Shown here piece after piece: positions 42,972 through 50,339 of a stretch of DNA of 64,000 bases; within the stretch, counting starts at the first letter, position 1; each line of letters starts with the position of its first letter. Source of the DNA: an uncultured Eubacteriales bacterium (GTDB taxonomy: Bacteria; Acidobacteriota; Aminicenantia; Aminicenantales; Aminicenantaceae); assembly GCA_964429695.1 (NCBI GenBank), contig CAYSCS010000068.1, positions 15,352-79,351 on the forward strand. Reading direction: 5' to 3'. The notes under the pieces were generated by a model that searched no databases, was not told the origin of the DNA, and was given only the letters and a program-made list of their open reading frames with translations. Both the position numbers and the translations under genes were made by a program.

Positions 42972-43783
42972 TTCGAGTGTTCAAAGATGAGATGGATCAC
43001 TAAATAATCTTCCTCATACTCTCCAGGGAGCGGAGGAAAGGGAGCAGAGGATTGAACCGCTCTGAGCGCAGAGAGATCGAGCGACTTCACACCGCTCGAT
43101 TCTTCTATTTTCAATTCAGAAACTTGCCCATTTCTTAAAATCTTGAAATAAACGATGGTTTGAAAATTTCCGCGAAGACCAGGTTCAACAAGGGAAGTAA
43201 ACCAGTTGCTAGAAACTTTTCCCAGGATGATTTGAAGATAATAGGTAAAGGGAAATGTTGAGAGCCCGATCTGGGAAGCATATCCTGAGCCTAGTCCAGT
43301 ACCAGAGCCCGACCCAACTCCAATTCTCAGACCTGAACCCGAGCCTGTGCCTGAGCCTGACCCTTCTTGAAAAAAGCCTTCTCTCTTCGCTCCAGAAGCT
43401 TCCTTAGGTTCAGACTGCTTCTGAATTGAAGCCTTTTTTTCAACCTTGGGTTTAATCTCCTTTTTGGGTTTTTCCACTGGGTGTCTCAAAGATGAGCTAC
43501 TTTGCTGCTCGAGTTTCTGAGGAGTCGTGAGGTCTCTGAGTGTTTCTCTGCGGGTTATTTCTGTCACTCCAATTCTCTCCGCCTTCCCGCCTCCGCCTCC
43601 ACCTCCCCCTCCCCCAGGAAGCGAGATTAGATTTACATAGTGAACTAATCCCTTTTTTGAATTCTTGGGAAAATAGGGCGAAAGGAAGACAAGTAGAAAA
43701 AGAGCAATGTGGAGGGTTATAGAGAGGATGAAGGCTCTCTTCAAGGCTGTCTCCTGCTTCTTTATGCTCCCAAATTCCATCAT
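42968..43783 (-). CDS. TolA/TonB-family energy-transducer protein (TolA position in the operon)
   Basis: N-terminal TM, low-complexity linker (G10 run, K/E-rich segment, GS/GT repeats), and TonB_C-like C-terminus (FQTIVYFKILRNGQVSELKIEESSG...APFPPLP). Confidence 0.7.
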   Translation of the reverse strand: MMEFGSIKKQETALKRAFILSITLHIALFLLVFLSPYFPKNSKKGLVHYVNLISLPGGGGGGGGGGKAERIGVTEITRRETLRDLTTPQKLEQQSSSSLRHPVEKPKKEIKPKVEKKASIQKQSEPKEASGAKREGFFQEGSGSGTGSGSGLRIGVGSGSGTGLGSGYASQIGLSTFPFTYYLQIILGKVSSNWFTSLVEPGLRGNFQTIVYFKILRNGQVSELKIEESSGVKSLDLSALRAVQSSAPFPPLPGEYEEDYLVIHLIFEHSK

Positions 43784-44214
43784 TTTCTTGATTCAGGCTC
43801 CAAGGGCTCAACCACCAGCCCTACGACTTCCACTCCTGCTTTCTTGACAATGTCGAGGATATTAATCACAAATCCATAGGTAAGACTTTCATCAGCTCGA
43901 ATGAAGACGATTTTCTTATCTTTGCCGAAAAAATGTTCCCTGAGTTTTTGTTCAAGCAGGAATTGATTTATCATTGAATCCTCTATGTGGATGTAGCGGT
44001 CCTTAGTGATGGTAAGAGTCAAACCCTCCTCAGCCGGAGTGGACTCAGTCTCAGCTTGAGGAAGATTGACCCCTATCCCGGATTGAATCATCGGTGCAGT
44101 GACCATGAAGATGATGAGGAGAACGAGCATCACATCCACGAAGGGAGTGACGTTGATTTCAGAAAGAGAGGTACCTAACTTTCTCCTTGTTATCTGAGGG
44201 GACTTAAGAGCCAT
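43780..44214 (-). CDS. tolR: biopolymer transport protein TolR (ExbD family)
   Basis: INVTPFVDVMLVLLIIFMV motif; operon position. Confidence 0.85.
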   Translation of the reverse strand: MALKSPQITRRKLGTSLSEINVTPFVDVMLVLLIIFMVTAPMIQSGIGVNLPQAETESTPAEEGLTLTITKDRYIHIEDSMINQFLLEQKLREHFFGKDKKIVFIRADESLTYGFVINILDIVKKAGVEVVGLVVEPLEPESRK

Positions 44215-44866
44215 AGATTCTCTCCACCAGGTTGACGAATTCTATCGAGAAATCTTCCATTTCAGTTATCATTTCTTTAATGCGATGGAGGAAATGATTG
44301 TAGGCAATTACTGCAGGAATGGCAGCAAAAAGCCCTGCCGCAGTGGCAATCAAGGCTTCAGCGATTCCAGGCGCCACTGTCACCAGGCTTGCCGACCTCA
44401 CAATCCCTATGTTATGGAAGGCATCCATGATTCCCCACACTGTACCAAAAAGACCGATGAAAGGAGTCACGCTTCCGGTCGTTGCCAGAAAATTCATCAT
44501 TTTCTCTAATCTTGAAATCTCCCTGTTCGAGGCTTTGACCATGGCCCTCGATAAACTCTCGAGGTTCGCAGGGGAAAGAGAAGGACGAGGGTTTGATTTC
44601 GTCAGATAAGAAAGCTCCTTAAAGCCTGCCTGAAAGAGGACAGCAAGAGGAGCGTATTTATATTTTCGAGAAGCTTCACTCACTTCCTGAAGGTTTCTGC
44701 TTCCTCTAAATACTTTTAAAAATTTTTGTGATTGAAGGAACGCAGTTCGAAGAGTACTCCTTTTAAAGAAAATTATCGCCCACGAGAAAACAGAAAAGAA
44801 AACCAAGATTACAAGGACAAGTTTGACTACTGGCCCTGCTTCTGCGATTAACCTTAAAAAGTTCAT
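44204..44866 (-). CDS. tolQ: Tol-Pal proton-channel protein TolQ (MotA/ExbB family)
   Basis: Three TM helices with TGSVTPFIGLFGTVWGIM and GIAEALIATAAGL. ATG 44866 (MNFLRLIAEAG...) is preferred to the track start 44908. Confidence 0.85.
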   Translation of the reverse strand: MNFLRLIAEAGPVVKLVLVILVFFSVFSWAIIFFKRSTLRTAFLQSQKFLKVFRGSRNLQEVSEASRKYKYAPLAVLFQAGFKELSYLTKSNPRPSLSPANLESLSRAMVKASNREISRLEKMMNFLATTGSVTPFIGLFGTVWGIMDAFHNIGIVRSASLVTVAPGIAEALIATAAGLFAAIPAVIAYNHFLHRIKEMITEMEDFSIEFVNLVERIYGS

Positions 44867-44879
44867 GATTTCTAAGGCA

Positions 44880-44908
44880 AAATTAACACACACCCGGATT
44901 ATTGTCAA
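44880..44908 (-). promoter_or_regulatory. predicted sigma-70-type promoter (TTGACA / 17 nt / TGtTAATTT) for the tol-pal operon
   Basis: Reverse complement reads TTGACAataatccgggtgtgtgtTAATTT. The -10 ends 13 nt before ATG 44866, and there is no SD. Confidence 0.45.
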
Positions 44909-45258
44909 TCAGCCCAAAATCTGGCTAAAAGCCTCCTCCGCTCAAAAATTGAGGCATTCCTTAGGATGAAGAGAACATCTCATTTTCCTTCCGTCTCCCT
45001 CAAAATTCAGATGCATTCATCTCTTTCAAAATCGATTCTTATTAAAGTTTTTGATGGAGCTTTGAGTAATCTAAGTTGTGAATATTCCTTCGGAAAAACC
45101 CCCTTTTCTTTATGTTTAAGATAATTTTTGGAATTAACTTGAGGGATATCACTTTTTCTCTATCTGGCCCAAAGACTGACTCCCCCTCTCTTCCGCTTTC
45201 AAATATCTCTCCCTTAATTTGCCTTAATTCCATGTTTCTACTTGAATTAGAGCTTAAA

Positions 45259-45287
45259 TTGACAAAAAATGAGGGAAATAATAGATT
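45259..45287 (+). promoter_or_regulatory. predicted sigma-70-type promoter (TTGACA / 17 nt / TAGATT) for ktrBA
   Basis: -35 at 45259-45264 and -10 at 45282-45287; 13 nt to ATG 45301. Confidence 0.45.
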
Positions 45288-45300
45288 GAAACGAAACACC

Positions 45301-46662
45301 ATGCTAAAGAAGATGAGATTGGAAAAAAAAGAGGAGAGAAAATTTCAACCCGCCCAAGTGCTGATAGCAAGCTTCCTCATCTCCATATTTGTGGGAACGA
45401 TGCTCCTTCTTCTCCCCCTCAGCTCAAAATCAGGTCACATCTCTTTCATCGATGCCCTCTTCACTGCCACCTCTGCCATCTGTGTCACTGGTCTCACCGT
45501 CAGAGAAACGGCAACCTATTTCTCTACCTTCGGTCAAATAGTCCTCCTCACTCTCATCCAACTGGGCGGATTGGGAATAATGACATTTTCCACTCTCATC
45601 CTCTTTGTCGCAGGGAAAAAAATTTCAATAAAGGACAGGCTCATCCTCCAGGAGGGCTTTCATCCTTCTTATCCCTATGAAGTCAAGGCATTAATCAAGA
45701 AAGTCGTCCTATATTTCCTGGTCATCGAAGCTTTTGGCTTCCTCTCTCTCTTTCTAAGCTTTTATTCAAACTTTCCTCTTCCCCAAGCCATCTTCAATTC
45801 TCTCTTTCATTCTGTCTCTGCCTTCTGCAATGCAGGATTTTCGCTTTTCAGCACAAGCCTTGTTTCCTACCATGGACACATAGGAGTAAACTTAACAATC
45901 ATCATTCTAATCGTTCTAGGTGGCCTTGGCTTTTTGGTTCTGGATGAAATAAGTAAAATAAAGAAGTTTTTCTCCAAGAAGGAAAAGAAGAAAGCCTCTC
46001 TCCATACGAAACTTGTCCTCAGGATGACGTCCTTCCTCATCCTCTTTCCTTTTTTACTTTTCCTTGCGCTTGAGTGGGGTCATTCGTTAAAAGGATTTTC
46101 TTTGAAAAATAAAATCATAATCTCCCTTTTTCAGGTTATTACTCCCCGCACAGCAGGTTTTAACACCATTGATTTGAACACCCTTAGTTTCGCCACCATC
46201 TTTCTCCTCATCATGCTCATGTTTGTGGGGGCTTCTCCCGGTTCAACAGGAGGAGGAGTGAAGACGATTACCATCGGAGTCATCTTCGCCTTCCTCAAGG
46301 CAAAGATTGCAGCCCGAGAGTCTATAAGCATCTATCAACGTTCCCTCCCCTTTGAAACCATAACCAAGGCCTACACCATTGTGACTCTCTCGCTTCTAAT
46401 TATCTTTCTAAATTCTTTTTTGCTCCTCCTATTACATCCATGGGCGAGCATAAGTATGGTCATTTTCGAAGTTTTTTCAGCCTTCGGGACCGTGGGTCTT
46501 TCACTTGGAATGACTCCGAAGTTATGTGTTTTGGGGAAAATTGTAATCATTCTCACCATGTATATAGGCAGGATTGGTGCCCTCACTCTTCTCTATGCTC
46601 TGAGCCGCGCCACCCCCTTTGGAAAATATGCCTATGTTGAAGAAAATGTGATGATAGGATAG
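45301..46662 (+). CDS. ktrB: K+ transporter membrane subunit, TrkH/KtrB family
   Basis: Multi-TM protein with repeated pore-loop-like motifs (TATSAICVTGLT, FCNAGFSLF, PRTAGFNTI, FGTVGLSLG). ATG 45301 is preferred; the track start 45112 adds a non-homologous 63 aa that spans the promoter. Confidence 0.8.
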   Translation: MLKKMRLEKKEERKFQPAQVLIASFLISIFVGTMLLLLPLSSKSGHISFIDALFTATSAICVTGLTVRETATYFSTFGQIVLLTLIQLGGLGIMTFSTLILFVAGKKISIKDRLILQEGFHPSYPYEVKALIKKVVLYFLVIEAFGFLSLFLSFYSNFPLPQAIFNSLFHSVSAFCNAGFSLFSTSLVSYHGHIGVNLTIIILIVLGGLGFLVLDEISKIKKFFSKKEKKKASLHTKLVLRMTSFLILFPFLLFLALEWGHSLKGFSLKNKIIISLFQVITPRTAGFNTIDLNTLSFATIFLLIMLMFVGASPGSTGGGVKTITIGVIFAFLKAKIAARESISIYQRSLPFETITKAYTIVTLSLLIIFLNSFLLLLLHPWASISMVIFEVFSAFGTVGLSLGMTPKLCVLGKIVIILTMYIGRIGALTLLYALSRATPFGKYAYVEENVMIG

Positions 46663-46686
46663 AATCAGCAAAGGAGATTCAAAGTA

Positions 46687-47334
46687 ATGAAATTTGCGGT
46701 AATTGGATTGGGAAGTTTTGGCTCAAACGTGGTCAAGACACTCTATGAGGAAGGAAATGAAGTACTTGCCATAGACAGGGAGAAGGAAAAGGTTGATGCG
46801 GTGAAGAACTTTTCCTCTCATGCCGTATGCATGGATGCGACATCCAAAGAAAATCTGATGGCTCTCGGCATCCAAGAGATGGACGTAGTCGTCGTAAGCC
46901 TCGGCCCTGAGATGGAATCCTCAATTCTTACTGTCCTCCATCTCCATGAACTCGAGGTTAAGAGGATTATAGCCAAAGCCCTCAGCGAGGACCATGCCAA
47001 GATTCTCGAAGCCGTGGGTGCTACAGAAGTCATCTTCCCCGAAAAAGACATGGCCATTAAAACTGCTCATCGCCTTAGCAATCCAAACTTGCTCGAATAC
47101 ATCCCGCTTCTTTCTGGGTTCAGCATCCAGGAAATTGCTCCCCCCGAAAAATTCATCGGCAAAAGCCTCAAAGAGCTGGATTTAAGAAATAGATATGGCG
47201 TCCATGTCATCGCCATCAAGGAACTAATCCCTGAAAAGACAACCCTCATCCCTAGGGCTGATTTCGTGATTAAAGATAGTGATATCCTGATTATAATAGG
47301 CGAAGAGGAAAAGCTCGCCAAACTATCCTCTTAG
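46687..47334 (+). CDS. ktrA: K+ uptake regulatory subunit (RCK: TrkA-N plus TrkA-C), KtrA-sized
   Basis: Rossmann motif VIGLGSFGSNV and C-terminal RCK_C segment (LKELDLRNRYGVHVIAIK); 215 aa. Confidence 0.8.
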   Translation: MKFAVIGLGSFGSNVVKTLYEEGNEVLAIDREKEKVDAVKNFSSHAVCMDATSKENLMALGIQEMDVVVVSLGPEMESSILTVLHLHELEVKRIIAKALSEDHAKILEAVGATEVIFPEKDMAIKTAHRLSNPNLLEYIPLLSGFSIQEIAPPEKFIGKSLKELDLRNRYGVHVIAIKELIPEKTTLIPRADFVIKDSDILIIIGEEEKLAKLSS

Positions 47335-47538
47335 AAGAAAAAACTCCTCGCGTAAATCCTCAATTTCTGTGAAATCTATTTCCATTCCTTGCGTTTTTCT
47401 CAAGGGTGAAAAAAATCCAAAATGAGAGAAATGAATCACCCCCAAACTCATTACTTTCAACATACATCCCTTCTGCATTTCTTCCTAACTTGGTGGAGAT
47501 AAGAGGGGCCTTCTCCTCCAAGGCTCTGTGCCTTTATG

Positions 47539-49887
47539 TTACTCCAGAAGACTCTTGAGGATTGCGAGGGCTGCCTGTTTCGAAAGCTCTCCACTTTCTT
47601 TCGCCGGACCAACACAGGAAGGACATCCTTCTTGACAAGGACAGACTTCAATTGTCCTTGCACATTGTTCAAGGAGCTTTTTCTCGAGGTCAAAGAGAGA
47701 GGGACTAAGGCCGACCCCTCCTGGAAAATTGTCATAGATGAAAATGTTTGGTTCAAACCCAGCCTCAGCAAAGAAAATCGCCTCTTCTTCCTGAGGCTGG
47801 AATTTAAAGCTAATGTTTCGAGGAGGGAGTGAGCGGCCGCTGATGTTGTCCCCTATGCAGACCCCCACATCATGAAGGTCACACATCATGAAAAGAGGTG
47901 CAACATGGTGGATGAGGTAAGCAAGACCGAAGAGCCCGTTTATCTTCTGTTCAGGAGTGAATGGAAGCGAACCAATTATTTCGGAGGGAATGGTTAACCA
48001 GTAACTCGTGGTATGCATTTCGTTTTGAGGCAGGCTCAAGTCGCCTGCGCCCACATTCTCCATGGTGTGAAATTTTATCTTCTTAAACCCTACAACTTGA
48101 GTTGCAACATGAACCTCGCCGTGGGAAATGGTGCATTTTTCGAGATTCCTTTTATCGAAAATATGGAGAATTTTTATCTTTGTATAATCAATGGCATCAG
48201 TGAAATAATCTACATCCGTCTTCTTTACGTATGCCTTCCGCTCGCCATAGTCAAGTCTCTCCACATAATACTGTTCTCCCTCACAGATGTAGATTGCCTT
48301 GGGATGGAGGGTAGTAAGAGCAGATGAAAAATCAACTTCGGCAATAGCCTTCGTCTTTTCACTCGTATCGACAACGACGAAATTATCGGAACTGATACTT
48401 CTCAAACTCACTCCATCTGCAGGATAGGCATCGGAAACCCAGAACCATTTCCCTCCTGAATAATGGACGAGGTTCTCTTCCTCAAGGAATTTCAAAATCT
48501 CTGAAATCTCTACATTCCCGAATCTCTCTCCCTCATAAAAGGGAAGTTCGAAGGCAGCACACTCGATGTGACTAGTGAGGATGGAAAGATTGTCAGGGTT
48601 GATGAGGGCTCTCTCAGGGCTTCTGGAGAAGAAATACTCAGGGTTGTTGACGATGAACTGGTCGAGAGGAGAGCTGGAGGCTACGAGAATGGCTGCTGAT
48701 TTTCCTGTCTTCCTCCCCGCGCGTCCGGCTCTCTGCCAGGTACTGGCTATTGTCCCGGGATAGGAAGCAAGCACCGCCACATCGAGACTCCCGATATCAA
48801 TCCCCAGCTCAAGCGCATTGGTTGAGACTACTCCCCTAATTTTTCCTTTCCTCAGATTTTCTTCAATCTCCCTCCTCCTAAGAGGCAAATATCCTCCCCT
48901 GTAACCTCTTATCAGTCCCTCATCCTTTATGGTCTTTTCTATGTCTTCCTTGAGATAAGTGAGGAGAACTTCTGTGATCAGGCGGCTCTGGGCAAAGACA
49001 ATGGTCTGGAGTCCACTCTGGAGGAAAAGGGAAGCCACCCTCCTTGATTCATTGACATAGGAACGCCTGATTCCCAGAAATTTGTTAACAACAGGAGGAG
49101 TATAGAAGATAAAATATTTTTCTCCACGCGGAGCACCATTATCATCCACAAGAGAAACAGGTGCTTCAATCATTCTCTCCCCGATTTCGAGAGGATTAGC
49201 GATGGTTGCCGTGGAGAGGATGAATTGAGGGGAGGAACCATAGAATTTTGCCACTCTTTTCAGTCTTCTCAAGACATTAGCAAGATGACTCCCAAAGATT
49301 CCCCGATAGTTATGCAACTCATCGATGACCACATATTTGAGATTCTCAAAAAGTTTTATCCACTTGGTATGATGGGGAAGAATCCCTGTATGAAGCATAT
49401 CAGGATTGGTGAGGATGATATGCCCCCTTGCCCTTATCGCTTTTCTTGCATCCTGAGGGGTATCACCATCATAGGTGAAAACCCTTATTTCTTCAGGGAG
49501 AAGGGCAATTGTCTCATCCAATTCTGCTTTCTGGTCCTGGGAAAGAGCCTTGGTGGGAAAAAGATAGATGGCTCGTGAAGATGGGTCTTTAAGAATCGAA
49601 TCTAAAACAGGAAGGTTATAACAGAGAGTTTTTCCTGAGGCTGTGGGAGTTACGACCACAATGTTCTTTTTTTCTTTAAGAAGCTCCCAGGAATGATATT
49701 GATGAGTATAAAGCCTTTCAAAGCCCTTTTCCTGGAGAGCCTTGAGCAAAGAGGGATGGACATCCTGGGGGTAATCCCTGTATCTTCCTTCTTGAGCAGG
49801 GAGGTGTCTTATGGCACGGATGCAATCATGCTTCGCACCAAGCTCTTCAAGAAGCCTAAGTGCTTTTAAAAGATTTTCTTCTTTCAT
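47539..49887 (-). CDS. DEAD/DEAH-box helicase with C-terminal DUF1998/MZB Cys-cluster domain (MrfA/YprA-like)
   Basis: Walker A TPTASGKT, DExH VIDELH, and C-terminal FPGGVGL...CPCQEGCPSC four-Cys motif. Confidence 0.8.
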   Translation of the reverse strand: MKEENLLKALRLLEELGAKHDCIRAIRHLPAQEGRYRDYPQDVHPSLLKALQEKGFERLYTHQYHSWELLKEKKNIVVVTPTASGKTLCYNLPVLDSILKDPSSRAIYLFPTKALSQDQKAELDETIALLPEEIRVFTYDGDTPQDARKAIRARGHIILTNPDMLHTGILPHHTKWIKLFENLKYVVIDELHNYRGIFGSHLANVLRRLKRVAKFYGSSPQFILSTATIANPLEIGERMIEAPVSLVDDNGAPRGEKYFIFYTPPVVNKFLGIRRSYVNESRRVASLFLQSGLQTIVFAQSRLITEVLLTYLKEDIEKTIKDEGLIRGYRGGYLPLRRREIEENLRKGKIRGVVSTNALELGIDIGSLDVAVLASYPGTIASTWQRAGRAGRKTGKSAAILVASSSPLDQFIVNNPEYFFSRSPERALINPDNLSILTSHIECAAFELPFYEGERFGNVEISEILKFLEEENLVHYSGGKWFWVSDAYPADGVSLRSISSDNFVVVDTSEKTKAIAEVDFSSALTTLHPKAIYICEGEQYYVERLDYGERKAYVKKTDVDYFTDAIDYTKIKILHIFDKRNLEKCTISHGEVHVATQVVGFKKIKFHTMENVGAGDLSLPQNEMHTTSYWLTIPSEIIGSLPFTPEQKINGLFGLAYLIHHVAPLFMMCDLHDVGVCIGDNISGRSLPPRNISFKFQPQEEEAIFFAEAGFEPNIFIYDNFPGGVGLSPSLFDLEKKLLEQCARTIEVCPCQEGCPSCVGPAKESGELSKQAALAILKSLLE

Positions 49888-49912
49888 CCACAGAGACTCT
49901 TCTCATTTTTAA

Positions 49913-49941
49913 ATATTATTATTTGTTGGGGAAATGGTCAA
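49913..49941 (-). promoter_or_regulatory. predicted sigma-70-type promoter (TTGACC / 17 nt / TAATAT) for the helicase gene
   Basis: Reverse complement reads TTGACCatttccccaacaaataaTAATAT; 25-nt leader. Confidence 0.45.
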
Positions 49942-50339
49942 TCTCTTAGAAAGTTCCTCTGAATTTGATAATTTGTTTCGCAAAAAATTAGAAATGACCC
50001 GGGCAAAATGAACAGGCTATCTCATCTTAAAAAAATAATTAAGGAAAGTCTTCAAACTTGAAATTATGAGGCTCTATTTTAAAGATTCCCCTTTGTATTT
50101 TTTTAATCACCATAAAATAAATAAATTAGATTGTTTTGAAGCAACCTTCTAGAAGATGTCTTATTCAAATTCTCTAACAGGGGTAAAAGGTAAGGAGAAA
50201 TTTGATTTTGAAAGCCGATGAGCCTGAGAGTAAACTCAAGGACACATTCCCAAATTCGCTTAAGGAGTTACTTCTTCTCTTTCTATTCTCCTTCTTTTCC
50301 TCGATGAGGCTTCCTCAATATGCTAAAATAAAATTTAAA

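Noticed and set aside
44909-45300. A c-di-AMP (ydaO/kimA-type) riboswitch, or another leader, upstream of ktrBA.
   Set aside because: The plus strand here is A/T- and C-rich. It lacks the G-rich conserved cores of that riboswitch as I remember them (GGGGA..CC, ACCCGA-type elements). A consensus promoter sits only 13 nt from the ATG, leaving no leader.
47335-47538. The 104-aa minus-strand ORF (47457-47771), and possible small genes or terminators in the ktrA/helicase convergent gap.
   Set aside because: The ORF runs into, and overlaps out of frame, the 3' end of the helicase gene, and its sequence is featureless. The only hairpin candidate (GGAGA...TCTCC near 47500) is short and lacks a U-tract.
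49888-50339. A LexA/SOS operator in the uvrA-helicase divergent spacer.
   Set aside because: There is no CTGT-N8-ACAG, CGAAC-N4-GTTCG-like or GTTC-N7-GTTC match. Only weak A/T-rich half-palindromes occur (TTCAAACTTGAA, TTTC-N11-GAAA), as expected by chance at this composition.
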